This document shows positions 13,027-25,415 of a stretch of 59,952 nucleotides of DNA, piece by piece. Under the pieces are notes generated by a model. That model saw only the letters and a list, made by a program, of their open reading frames with translations, was not told where the DNA came from and ran no database searches. Every line of letters begins with the position of its first letter. Within the stretch, counting starts at the first letter, position 1. The DNA is from Chara braunii (lineage: Eukaryota > Plantae > Charophyceae), in assembly GCA_003427395.1 (NCBI GenBank), contig BFEA01000021.1:5338862-5398813 (forward strand). Reading direction: 5' to 3'. A program made the position numbers and the translations under genes.

Positions 13027-14520
13027 ATGAGTGGATCAGAAGTTGGTAAAGGTAGAGCTGACGACCGAGGGCAAACTAGGCGTGATACGCGTAGAACACC
13101 TGTAGTGTTCCAGGTCCTGCTACCAGGAGAAGAGAGAAGGCTAAGGGCCGAAGCAAGGGCCGATAATCTTGAGATTGCGAGGGAGGCCACATCAGCCGTA
13201 GAAAGGACATTAGCACCAGCAGCAACTAGCGTTGTAGCAATGACTACATGTGCGGCAACAACTATGTCAACCTCGTTCGGTTTTTCGTTTAGAATGTCGG
13301 ACACAAGCGGTCAGTCCATCTGTAGTACGAGAGGGTCTGGAACGAGTCAGATGGCGGGCATGCAGTCCAGCTCGCCACCTCCACGCACCAGGGAGCAGAT
13401 GGAGCTCCAGCAAGTAAAGAGGATCCGCTTAAGGCTAAAGGAGGAACTTAAAAGGTTACTGAAAGACAAAATGAGATTAGGAATAGAAGTGTCAGACTTG
13501 AGGGTAGGGCGGTAGACAAAGCTGCTTTAGAGGGGTTAGATGACTCGATGCTTGACAACACCACAAAGATTCTCAAGGTGACCATCCTGTCCATGCACGC
13601 GTACATGGACAACAAACTGAACGCTATCCAGGATACCCTAGACCAAATCCTGAATGCCATGCATAGGCCAAGAGTCAGGCCAGCAGTTTTGCCATCGCTG
13701 CCATTCTCAGTGATGACGTGGCTGTATCCGTCACAGTCAGGCACCACACCAAGCGGTACTTCAACACCAACTTTATCTCAGACTGTTGCTTCTTCATCTT
13801 CTGGTTCGATAGTTGGTGCTACAGCTCAGTCGCCACCTGTCTCACCAGTGGGACATCAGCAACCATGGTACCCCAAAACCCTGTTGAAACCACCCTCCAC
13901 CTTCTTAGGTGATAAGAAGGAGGCTAAATAGATTAGTTGTTTCGAAGGGATTTGCCAGGAACATGGGTGATTGGGCTAAGACCCATACCCTAGAGAGCTT
14001 TATGGATTTGGTGGAAACGCAATGGCACAACCCACATCAAGCACAAATTGCCACCAATGGATTGCCGAAACTTGATGCTATAAAGCACAAGTCCGTGCGC
14101 AAACTCACCTCTACCATAGAGCGTTTGGTTGTCGTCCCTGGCGTACAATCTAGTCCACAGGTCTTGTTTACCATGTTCTTGAGATGTCTTCCCATAGACA
14201 TCAAGGACTTGCTTGCCAGTGAGGCTCGGCTAGAGTATCACGCGTTTGAGACCTTTAGCAAAAAGGCCTTAGAGGCTACGCTAGGAGGTGCTCAGACACA
14301 CTCTACGAACGGAAGGAAGAACAATAGTCCACAAGAGTGAAAAAAAAAGGTAGTCGATTGATGATGGTTGATTCTGAAGGGAATCAAACTGAGATCGATG
14401 ATGTGTTTGATCTTGTGGACGGTACAGAGTTTGACAGCGAGGATAATGCTAAGGGTAGCAACCTCGCTGGAGTAGTAAAAGGAAAGGCAGGTAGCCGCTG
14501 TCGAGCGCATCGGCTCCCGC
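13027..14520 (+). pseudogene. gag: decayed Ty3/gypsy gag
   Basis: Consecutive frameshifted ORFs 13027-13515, 13548-13931 and 13909-14340. They include coiled-coil, LLKPPSTFLGD and GDWAKTHTLESFMDLVETQWHNP...MFLRCLP, typical of a retrotransposon gag capsid region. Confidence 0.75.
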
Positions 14521-17500
14521 TTTTTTCGCAAAGGCGAGAGCCCTCCTAACCATGTCACGCATGAGTTTAACAAGAACAAAATTAAGAGACAACTCAGGAA
14601 CGACACAAGATAACTCCGCGAGCAGCCGAGACGACCGCGGTTGCATCGCTCCTTCGCCGCTCTAGCCGGGTGCGTCAGCTGTACATCCCACGGTCCCCTA
14701 TGACAGGATAGGTTCTTGCGGGGCATACGCTTTCCTTCCCTAAGGGGTTGTCACCACCCTTAGGGGCGCATCCCTACCAAGCTACTGACCCACGTACAAA
14801 AGTTTTTATATGCAATCGTAAAGGTAAGTCAGCCGAGGGTGTTTACTCGTTCGCTGTAGCATAAATACGCTTGGTTAACGCCAAACGAACCCGAACGTCG
14901 TTAGTTCCTAGGGCGCTGATCTCCTAGGTACGGAGCAAACGTCGGTCGGCTAGGACGGTCTCAACCAAGCGTGAAACCCACAATTAATCCTAGTCCCTTA
15001 GACACACCGTCAAACGAAAGTTATAACAACCATATATATTTACATCAAAAGGAATTGGCCGTAGTTGATAGGAAGGTATATCCAATCGGAAATGATAACA
15101 AATATAATCCAAATCATCATTAGATACATCCAAAAATGCAATATCAAAATAAAACTCGATCACCCCAGGTCGATTCGATAAATAAAATCATACAGTTGCC
15201 AACAATAAATTGGCTCCGACAATAACCTCGATGCAGCTGACAAGGTGGTCGGTCTGCCTTAGTTTTGACTTGATGAGACGTACCGCCAAAGTCATTCATT
15301 CTCACCTACCGCACACCCGCACACACCTGTCTCCATACTTCCTCAATCTTCTTGGATGACGGGTTGTTTTGCGGATGATTCTTAATTAGATGCATTGCTT
15401 GAGGTGTTGCATATCTTTCCCTCTAGGAAGTGGTCTGAGGTTCTCCTCCTCCTCGCCCGAGCACAAAACTCGGATCTTAGAAGTCGGGCCGTCTCCACCG
15501 AATCGGCAAAGTACCCCTCCGTAGAACGGTCCACTCTGGTTTGATAACTGGGTCGGCTCCTAAAGCAACAAACCCCCACCCCATATGCTTCCTGAAGATA
15601 GAGAATGTGTCCACTGCAAGTAGCTTTGAATTATTCTTATTTCTCCTAAGTTCAGGTAACCTAGACGAAAAGAATCAGAGGAGATAAAAAATGAGAATCA
15701 TTTGGACAGTTATAGGTGGATAAAGTCTTTCGGGATAGAATAGGTAAATCCTTGGAAAAAGGTTAAGTCTATCTGACCTTATCTGCTTTATTTCAATTGA
15801 ATACATTTCACGGTGCACACAAAACCAAAGTTTTTCAAAACAACGAATCCTTTTTGACATGCAGACAAATGAGAAGTAAAAAGAAGACAATCCTTCTCCC
15901 TTCCTCCAATAGGCAAAATCAATCTCCTTTTCAAACATCCTTCTACCTACCTGCACAGCAAGCAAAGAAAACAAGTTCAAAAGAAAACAGTATCATCCCA
16001 AACTCAAGTCTGACCTTTCCATTGATATGCACGACTCGCACAACTTTGCTCTACCTTTTCTTTCGAACATTCAAAACAACAGGGTCAAGCAAAGTGTGGT
16101 TTGACCCACTTAAGAAAGCCGGGTAATATTCCAATCAGAAGAAAATGATCGTCGTTGAATATGAAAATATGCGGCTCACATGAAAATACGAGGCTCACAA
16201 CTTCACAAGTTGTGGTCGTTTTACTGAACGACGGTCCGCCGCCTTCTCCAAGTGCTTGATCACACCAAGGTTGGGTCCACTGGGATGTCTGAATGAGATA
16301 ACCCTGAAAGAGGGTGCTCTTATGATCCAAACCCACGTCGCCCCAACATCCCGGACAGTCCCAACGCAGTTCCCACTACACCTTCACCACCAAGGATACT
16401 CCCCAACCAACCGCAAGTCCACGCCGCCTCTCACCATGTCCGCTCGCAATATTCATGTCATCATGCTGACCCCGATCTCAAATTCGGTTCCACCTGGTCC
16501 GAAAATGGTCCCAGATGGTCCCAATGCAGTCCCATACCATCGCCGCAATACTAGGTGGTTAAGAACTCAAAACCGCTTGCACTGTGCACCGCAAAAAAAT
16601 AGAGGTGGCCCTGGTTCAAACTGCATGTGCCGCGAGCCCACCCCCTGAAATAAATAAATAAATAAATAAAGATGTCCTTCCGGCGCAAACCGCAAGTGTT
16701 GCAACTCCAATAGTAAGTGCCACACGCACTCCCTCCGCGATCTCTTCATGTTGTCGGCCCATGCACCACTGTCACTTAATCTCAACCGTGCACCAGCACT
16801 AGCCCAATCTCTACACCATGCTGAAAGCGCTGCACACCTCAAAAAACTAACAGCGGAATTACCGCTCGCTATTGTCGTTAAAACGGATATCACAGTCTTC
16901 CAATAGCACCACCGCATGCTCACACACCGCTGCCAGTCCATCTTCCAAACCACATTGGAATCCACCATAGCCGTTGCACACCACAAAAAAAAACAACGGA
17001 GGACCACTGCTCGTCACGCCGTCAAAGCCGGTACCACGGCTGCTGTGCGGCACCACCACCTGATCATACTGCCAAATGACTGTTTCACCGCACCGCAAAA
17101 ATCTGGCACATTGTCGACGTGCCCACAACCAAACAACACTTCCCTACGCGAAAAATATCGACGCGGCGGCCAATTCCGGCAGCATGATCCCACTGACTAC
17201 ACTGTCATTGTTGTGCTGTTGATCGAGCAACACCTCCCCACACTCACATTAAAAAAACATTGGTGCCGCGCAGCAAATCCGGCAGCACCTTCCCTTAGGA
17301 AGGTCTTGATGCCGCGGCGGCAGTTCGGCAGCACAACCCCACTAAAATAGGTGTCGCTTGCCGCATCGTCCGGACCCTGACACAGCCTTACCGCTGCAAC
17401 ACCAGCCCACACACACAGTACATGCATAAGGGTGGGCAAAAGCTCCCATCCCTCAGCTTTGGCTCCCTCCCTTCTCCTCCAACTTTCTACAGAACTCCAA

Positions 17501-17591
17501 CAACACCTCCACCGGCATCACCGCCCCACAGTAGCAGCCAGCCAGCATTCACTCAAGTGAATAGCCCAACAGCACTGCCACAAGTGTGAGG

Positions 17592-18711
17592 TTGCTGGGT
17601 GGAGTGTTGGGCTTTATAGCCAGCTGAAGGTATGTGGGCAGCTACTTTGCCCACTGCCAGGTAAAATTCGTCAGTGCTCCTGGCCCTCGATCTAAATTGA
17701 CGGTCAGGAGTTGTATGCCTTGGTTTTTCCTTAGGGGAACCAGGGTCATTAACTCCTGGAAGCACCTGGCCATTTTTTCAGGCTGGGTGCTCCTGGGAAT
17801 GGCTGTATCCAGCCAAACTGCAGCTTGTTCAAAAAACAAACAGGCGCAGTCTCCTCAGCCCCTAGAACATTCTGGGGCTGTACCTGTCCTACGGCCGCGG
17901 CCATATTCACGGTCGTTACTTTTTTGTCCCCTTCCTTTTCTTTCTTTTTCTTTCTTTCATTTTCTTCCTTCTTTGTACCCCTCGTTTCCGCAGGAGGGGC
18001 AGCCAGTGGTTTGAAACCTCAGTCATTTCACTGGGGCAAACTAGAGTCAGGCTCAACAGAGGTCTCTGCCCCGCGAGCCCGTACCTAGGCGCCCTTTGGC
18101 GCCAAGTCCGGGCGCACCCAACTTTGCTGCCCGTTTTCAAACCCAACGGGCTTGCTGGGTGGAGTGTTGGGCTTTATAGCCAGCTGAAGGCATGTGGGCA
18201 GCTACTTTGCCCACTACCAGGTAAAATTCGTCAGCGCTCCTGACCCTCGATCTAAATTGACGGTCAGGAGTTGTATGCCTTGGTTTTCCCTAAGGGGAAC
18301 CAGGGTCATTAACTCTTGGAAGCACCTGACCATTTTTTCAGGCTGGGTGTTCCTGGGAATGGCTATATCCAGCCAGACTGCAACCTGTTCAAAAAACAAA
18401 CAGGCGCCGTCTCCTCAGCCCCTAGAACATTCTGGGGCTGTACCTGTCCTACGGTCGCGGCCATATTCACGGCCGTTACTTTTTTGTCCCCTTCCTTTTC
18501 TTTCTTTTTCTTTCTTTCATTTTTTTCCTTCTTTGTACCCCTCGTTTCCCTGGGAGGGGCAGCTAGTGGTTTGAAACCTCAGTCATTTCACAGGGGCAAA
18601 CTAGAGTCAGGCTTAACAGAGGTCTCTGCCCCGCGAGCCCGTACGTAGGCGCCCTTTGGCGCCAAGTTCGGGCGCACCCAACTTTGCTGCCCGTTTTCAA
18701 ACCCAACGGGC
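17592..18711. repeat. tandem duplication, 2 x 560 bp
   Basis: TTGCTGGGTGGAGTGTTGGGC at 17592 and 18152. The units align throughout with scattered substitutions. Confidence 0.95.
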
Positions 18712-18989
18712 GCAGGTAAATCGATGGGAGGGGAAAAAAACAACGTAAAACAAGAAAATCTAAAATAATAATAATAATCATAAAAATTGAAAAGTGCCCT
18801 TTCGTTTTCCCCTTTGCTCTGCTGCAACCCGTTCCGTAGAGTGAAAGGACACAACCTCTAACTAGTAGTGACATGGGGGGGGGAATAAAGGCGCAGCCCC
18901 GTATATTTCCCTGTTCTAGCGGAAGATTCATTCGATTTTGCTCGTCCTATCAATGGGAGTAGCGTGGGGCAGCGCCAGGTAGGTTGGTC

Positions 18990-18992
18990 TCC

Positions 18993-19085
<93 letters not shown>

Positions 19086-19100
19086 TCTCTCTCTCTCTCA

Positions 19101-19151
<51 letters not shown>
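18990..19151. repeat. (CT)n(CA)n compound microsatellite
   Basis: Direct reading. Confidence 0.95.
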
Positions 19152-19153
<2 letters not shown>

Positions 19154-20349
19154 AGTGTAGGAATGTATAATTTCATGTTCTAGCGGTAGGTCCATCGGTT
19201 TTTGCTAACCCTGTAGATAGGAAAAGACTCGTTCGTCAAAACGAAAGGGCACTAACACTGTAAAACGAGAGAAGGGAGGGAAAAATCTAAAAGAAGAATC
19301 TAAAACAAAGCAAAAGAAAAAATCTAAAAAAAAAATCTAAGAAAAGAAAAACAACAAAAAAAGAACGAAAAACTTATTGTGAAAAGAACTGGTTGCCCGT
19401 TGAAAACAGGCGCCTGCTGTAACTCTGGGGATCATAATCCCCCTTTCACTTCCAAACGAGCCACTTGGCGCTACATTTTGTTCTATATATATTTTTTTAT
19501 TATTATTATTTTTCTAACTATTTTTCGTTGGCCTATCCCAACGGTCGCCTCCCACAGACTGCAGAAACGCAGATCAGAGTTCGAGTCGTGATGGACTCGA
19601 ACAGGTTTGGACCATTCATCGATTCATGCATGTCATCCTTGCACAGGGCCATGCCAATCTCAGCGCGGCTGATTCCAGCCGCACGATCTTAAAGATCACA
19701 TGGCCGAAATCGGCCGCGTCCTACCACATATTGTGGGCTGCTCCAAAAGGAGCTAGCCCAGTGGCACGGCATTTCAAATTCGATCCCGATGTCTGTCAGG
19801 TAGTAGTCTAGTGCTGTAACCTACTGGGCTAGCTCCTATCACAGGAGCTATAACCGCAACTCTTCTATTTGAAGTGTTGCGGCCCAGTAGGCCACCAGTT
19901 TCAGGCCTAGGCAGGTTTAAACCTGCCTCACCCTTTCAAAGCCGGCACCCCGCTACCTAACAGGCTGGAACTCAAACCCGTGGCCCGCAAGGCACCCTAT
20001 TAGCCCCGTGTCCGGCATCGAACCCTGGTGTGGAGTTAAATTTCACTGCCCAAAATAGGTAACCCTTCTTTTTCGAGTCGCGTTCCTATACCTTGCGCGT
20101 CCATCTTTCTAGCCCATTTAAACCCTGAATCGTGCGGCTGTTAAGCCGCGCGACACTATTTTAGGTAGGATAAATCTTTCTTTAGCATTCCCGTCCGCGC
20201 GCTTCTACAATTTCGACAAAAGCAAAACATTGTCATTTACCGTCGTTACTCTCGGACGCCACACGCGTCAGAACTAAAGCTCGAAAACTTTTAGTCTCTC
20301 AGTCATAAGTCAGGTCTGAATAAATTTTTGGCAACGTCAGTCTCAGCAA

Positions 20350-20995
20350 GTCCTTCAATCCAACGAAAAAGTCTGACAACGTTCGACATTGAAAAACCCC
20401 GTCAAATACCCTTCTTAGGGTATTTGCCCTGACACCTCGACAAGGGCGGTCAATAGAGGAGTCAGGGGCAAACCCCAACTCGAACAAGGTAGCGGTTTGG
20501 GTTTGTGAGGGTTCGGATCAAGATGAGCGGCGGGATCGTTACACACGGGGTGCTTGCATTAACTGCGGTGAGTATGACCATCAGCAGTTCAAATGCAAGG
20601 ACGCGAAGGTCTCGCGGAATATACCACCAAAAGGTGGGTTTTCTTCTTCCCAGTGTTGGTGCCTCTACGAGTTCCGGCTCGGGAAACACGTAGGGCTAGT
20701 AGAAGTTGTAGTTGCTTCTACTCGTGTTGAAGCGGGTGATGTACCCTCCCCGTTTCAAGAGTTGGCCGAAGCTATTCACTCCTTAGTCACCCCGCAGGCA
20801 CATCCTGACCCAACGATACTTTGTTCGTTGGATGTGTATGAGGCCTTAGAGGACCTACAAAGTGAGTGGTCGGCAAGGGACCCTCGTGAGTCCTGGGTGG
20901 CACTAAGTTGAGGTCCTAGAGGGGAGCACTTTGTTGTGGAAGTTGGTGTAGGTGATCGCAAGTGCGGTGCCTTCGTAGACATCGGCTCCACGCAG
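20350..20995 (+). pseudogene. Ty3/gypsy gag C-terminus (CCHC zinc knuckle) and protease N-terminus relic
   Basis: Manual translation: CINCGEYDHQQFKC (~20556-20597; CX2CX4HX4C) and HFVVEVGVGDRKCGAFVDIGST (~20927-20992; retroviral aspartic-protease-like). Confidence 0.75.
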
Positions 20996-21465
20996 GTGCC
21001 TTCATAGACATCGGCTCCACGCAGGTACATGGGTGATTGGGCTCAGACCCATACCCTAGAGAGCTTTATGGATTTGGTGAAAGTGGGATGGCACAACCCA
21101 CAGCAGACACAGATTGCCACTGATGAGTTGAATCCTGGTGATGCCTTGCAAAGCGGTGATGTTTTGTACTCCTGGTTTGCTGATGCTAGAACGGCGCTGA
21201 CCGGTGCTGGGGCGAATGCCCTGTTACCTGTTTGTAACAGGGGTGTAAGGCCTGGTAGAGAGATCTGGGGATTCGTCGAGGGAGGAAGGCAATCCAGTGG
21301 CGAACTGGGGGGTGCTGCCATGACAACCTAAGACGCCGGGTTCAGTCTTGGTAGTTAAAACATGATGGCTATGGCAGATATTGGTCAGGATGCGATTGTC
21401 AATGGAGTGCTGAGTCAGATAGAGGGAAGGCCAGGTACTCGGAGAATTCTTTGATTTCATTCATC

Positions 21466-21543
21466 TGGTCCCATCTGGATTCGGACGCAGGTCTGTATTC
21501 CAGAGTTCATGGCTTTACCAACTGAGCTAGACCCATTGGTTCC
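21466..21543 (-). pseudogene. tRNA-derived relic, Gln(CTG)-like
   Basis: Minus strand reads GGAACCAATGGGTCTAGCTCAGTTGGTAAAGC...AACTCTGGAAT...GTCCGAATCC...TGGGACCA: an A-box, a decayed B-box and a tRNA-Gln-like 3' acceptor arm. The cloverleaf is imperfect. Confidence 0.5.
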
Positions 21544-21599
21544 TCTTTGAATAATCTTAAAACCCGTCCCGATACGCAAGTCGTAAGGACACCTGACTC

Positions 21600-21854
21600 C
21601 TGCTTCTAATGCCTCCCGTCGTGTCTATGGTTATTATAGCTGTATCTAGGCCAAAAGTCGACCGAAATACAGCTAAATTCACGAGGCATTCTATGTCGGC
21701 AGAGTGTAGTAAATTTGCCGTGATGACAAGGTCCCATCCGCCAGTAAGATATACTGGCCATAGATAATGGCGATCGTTGATTCTCAGAAGTTGTAAAAAT
21801 TGGGAGGCTGGACCCGCTTTCCAGCAGGTGAACCAATAGATGGAGCAGTGTGGT

Positions 21855-21885
<31 letters not shown>
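21600..21885 (+). mobile_element. non-LTR (LINE/SINE) 3' tail with poly(A); 5' boundary uncertain
   Basis: GCTGGACCCGCTTTCCAGCAGGTG...CCAATAGATGGAGCA...GGTTC followed by a long A run matches the LINE 3' end at 43401-43456. Confidence 0.7.
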
Positions 21886-21887
<2 letters not shown>

Positions 21888-22290
21888 TCAAAGATCGTCA
21901 GGCAGTTTATCGTTTAAATTATATATAAAAAAGGAAATTTTCTGATCCACGAATCTGTGGCCTGGCCCCTGATGGCAAGATAATGGACCTTTGCGGGTCA
22001 GTCACCTAGCACTTCACCCCTTGTGGAGTGAAGTGTCCCACAAGTGTCTTCACTTTTTTTCGTTTCTTTTTTTTTCCTTTTTGAAGACTGGCAGGNNNNN
22101 NNNNNNNNNNNNNNNNNNNNNNNNNNNNNNNNNNNNNNNNNNNNNNNNNNNNNNNNNNNNNNNNNNNNNNNNNNNNNNNNNNNNNNNNNNNNNNNNNNNN
22201 NNNNNNNNNNNNNNNNNNNNNNNNNNNNNNNNNNNNNNNNNNNNNNNNNNNNNNNNNNNNNNNNNNNNNNNNNNNNNNNNNNNNNGTTAA

Positions 22291-22330
22291 ACCACCAGTA
22301 CACGCCCCCAGCCTTGCAGAAAAGTAAACT
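22291..22330 (+). mobile_element. left terminus of a TTAA|ACCACCAGTACAC element (extent unknown)
   Basis: The first 13 bp after TTAA are identical to the terminus at 32214. Confidence 0.6.
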
Positions 22331-22530
22331 TGTCGCCACAAGAGAAATTTGAGGCTCGGGGAGGGCCCGGTAGTGCGTCGGGTGAGAAAGAGGTGGTCCC
22401 AGCAGAAAAAGGCAAATGGACTGTTGTTTTGCCCGCTGGTATACGTTCAGTCTGTGGGCCTCGCTGCACTACTCATGACTCGTGGAAAAAATCAAAAGTG
22501 CGGCATGAGTTGTCAGATTCCCGAAATGGC

Positions 22531-22664
22531 CTAGAGTTCGGTCGTGGCTGCACTTACTCTAGATAGTCCCGCTCATGAAGCACTCTTGTCATGCGCTTAG
22601 AGTTCGGTCGTGGCTGCACTTACTCTAGATAGTCCCGCTCATGAAGCACTCTTGTCATGCGCTT
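22531..22664. repeat. tandem duplication, 2 x ~66 bp
   Basis: TAGAGTTCGGTCGTGGCTGCACTTACTCTAGATAGTCCCGCTCATGAAGCACTCTTGTCATGCGCT occurs twice. Confidence 0.9.
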
Positions 22665-23114
22665 GTGAATCCTGGAGTGCAGTGCAGCCTCGTTTGTCCA
22701 TCCAGACCCAGGCTCGCTCTAGAAATCCCGCACCCTTTCAAGAAACCATCCGACCACCCTTGCAAAAACCGTGGTTGCAGGCAGGCGTGCAAGAGCACTC
22801 TAGCAAGTCTTCGGCCGACGGTGCCCTGACAGCTCGTGAAAAGCATTTTCACGAGCGACAAGGCAAGAGTAGTGCAGCGGCGACAGCTCTTGACGGATGC
22901 AAGAGTACTGTCTGGCAGCTCTTGATGTGTTTTCGGACGGCCAAATTCAGGAGTAAGTGCAGCTATGCGCAGCTCATGAAAAAGCACATTTCACGAGTAG
23001 TGCACCGAGGTCCTGTGACTGTGAAAACACATGCACGGACGAAGCCCAACTATAGCAAAAAAAAAAAAGAAAAACTGAAACGAAAGGAACAGAGTGGCAA
23101 AACGCCCGCCACAT

Positions 23115-23219
23115 GGCGGGCATGCACTATACGAGGGCAGAAAGCCCTCAAACTTCAGGAAAAAGGGCGGGCATGCACTATACGAGGGCAGAAAGCCCTC
23201 AAACTTCAGGAAAAAGGGC
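23115..23219. repeat. tandem duplication, 2 x 51 bp
   Basis: GGC(G)GGCATGCACTATACGAGGGCAGAAAGCCCTCAAACTTCAGGAAAAAG occurs twice. Confidence 0.9.
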
Positions 23220-23824
23220 AGAAACGCCCGCTGTTGGCAAGTATGCAGTGATTAACAGGTTATGTATCCGCGCCCATTCTGTGTCTGCATACGCCTCGTT
23301 GGCACCGAAAAGAAAGGAAAAACGAAAAAAAAAAAGAACTTGTTTTTTTTCGAGTGCCTGCCCGAGGAGAACGGGCAGTGCTGTGGGAATTCAGGTGTGT
23401 ATCTGGCTCAGGAAGTGAACACTACGAATCTCGTGTGGATTATGTGGCAGCACAGCTGTCAGAGGACAAACGAGGTGCCCTAAGATCTTGCAGAATCTGG
23501 TGTTGTGAGGTCCTCTGCTTTTTGTCTTTTTCAGCTGTATGGGAAAATTATATACTACTGCCCGCTCGTTTTGACAAACAGGCAGCCATTCATGATGAGG
23601 CGCCTGCATCTGGCACCCGATATGTGCTACATGCGGGTGCTCTCTCCTGTGGGTGTTTGGCTGGGTGTCAAGGAGTGAAAACAGCGGCTTCCTTTTCATT
23701 CCATCGCTTGACAGCAGGTCCAGCACAGAGGCCGGTACCGGTACCACCCCAATTTTCCAAGAGCTGGTGCCCATGGCTTTCAGGCTTGGCAAAATTCAAA
23801 ATTTAGGTTCGTACATTTAGGGTC

Positions 23825-24270
23825 GGGTGTACCGGTGGTTTACGAGACTTGGCTCTTGTGGCCAAGGGCACCGGTTCGAATCAATGCTTGCACAAAGCAG
23901 GTCTGAGGCCAGAAAGTATGCATTCGTAACTACTGTGGAAGCTCCCGCGGAATCCACGGGTAGAGTTTATGTCCCTTGTGTGTGACCGGGCAATGGAGCA
24001 GTGGAGGTCATGTGCTGGATTTGGCGCGAAGTGTGCAACTTCTGCCGCACCCAGGTGGTGTTTTCCGCGTGTGTGAGTGAGTGAAGGACATTACAGCCTT
24101 GCAGACGTTGAATGGATATCATGACTGGTCTGGTTGCCCTTTTAAACGCTGTGTCTTGGCTGTAGTGGTTAAGAGACTTGGCTCATTTGGCCAACTGTGC
24201 CTGTTCAAATCCGTGCTTGCACGGACAGAGGAGGTCTTAGGCCAGAAAGTATGGATCCATAACTACTGTA
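23825..24270 (+). mobile_element. two diverged copies of a tRNA-headed SINE-like unit (23825-23937, 24153-24270)
   Basis: Both have GTGGTT...GAGACTTGGCTC...GGCCAA...GTTCRAATC..TGCTTGCAC (A/B-box-like), followed by the shared GGCCAGAAAGTATG...TAACTACTGT. Confidence 0.55.
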
Positions 24271-25356
24271 TCTGGTTCAGAATCTTCAGACAGGAGTACT
24301 GTATCTGGTTTGGAATATTCAGATCATATTGTATTGCTCTTGGAGTTGTGTAACTACCCCTGACACACTTTGCTGTGTCCTGCGTCTGGCCCAGAGCAGG
24401 AACTGTCAGTAGCATGCTGTGCCCCATCCCGCATCACCAGCCTTTCTTCTCTCTCTCTCTCTCTGCAAGAAAAATGAGGTACTCCCGAGTCCCCACCAAT
24501 AAAAAGGAGTCGTCACAAAAAAAAAAGAAAGAAAAAAAAGGAGTCATCACAGAGGAGGAAGCTCCTTATATGGGGATGCTGTATCACCCTCTAAAAAGGG
24601 GCTTCTCCACTTATGGTTTCACTATTTAAAAAAAAAAAAAAAACAGAAAAACATGAAAAATGGTACAGCTATTCTGCACTGTCGACGTCGTTGTCTCTGC
24701 GACCTGAAAGGCCATTTGTTCTGCAGGCTGCCAGCTGTTGGGAGTGAATTCTCTGCATTTGGGCATGCCCAATGCCAGCTGTCCTGACTACTTCCTTCCC
24801 CGAGAACTCTCCCAGTGGGCTTCCTTCCACTGTTACTAGAATTTCACACCATTGCTTGTTTTTGTGCAGCGCAATGATCTCCTTTTTCCGTTTATCTATC
24901 ACTATGATCCCCATCATCCTTTCCATTTCTCTGTCAGACACTACCCACCCAAGCATTGCCAACCTTTATCTCCTCACCAGATTTTCAGATCAATACTACT
25001 ACACACAGGCGGTCCTGCAGGCCCTTGTTCCATGCGTCACCACACAACTGCATCTGACATCCTTGCACAGGTAACATGTATTTGCACAGGCCCTTGCTGC
25101 TTGCTTCACCATGCAAATGCATCTGACATCCTCAGCCACATTTGGCCACCACTCCAGTCTCCTTCATATCCCTCCAAAATTAGCAATTTCGTAATTTACC
25201 ACACATCCAGAAGCACACAAGCACACATATTGGAAACTACATTTACCCTTTTATTAGCCAAAGTGAACATCCCACAAATGGAGCTTGAACCCAGCTCCCT
25301 ACCCCTGCACAGCCCTCCCCGTGCACCCCCCCCCAAAAAAAAAAGAAACAACTCAT

Positions 25357-25415
25357 GTAGCTGAATGGTACACACTGTTGACAAGCAGATCATGAGTTCA
25401 AGTCCTGCTTGAATG
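25357..25415 (+). pseudogene. tRNA-like relic / SINE head
   Basis: GTAGCTGAATGGT (A-box-like) and GAGTTCAAGTCC (B-box-like) at tRNA-like spacing. Confidence 0.35.

Noticed and set aside
15200-17560. Protein-like minus-strand fragments
   Set aside because: Probably decayed TE sequence, but there is no diagnostic motif, so left unannotated.
11389-21130. CTGATGAG hammerhead core words at ~11390 and ~21120
   Set aside because: No flanking stems or GAAA partner; the second sits in gag-derived sequence.
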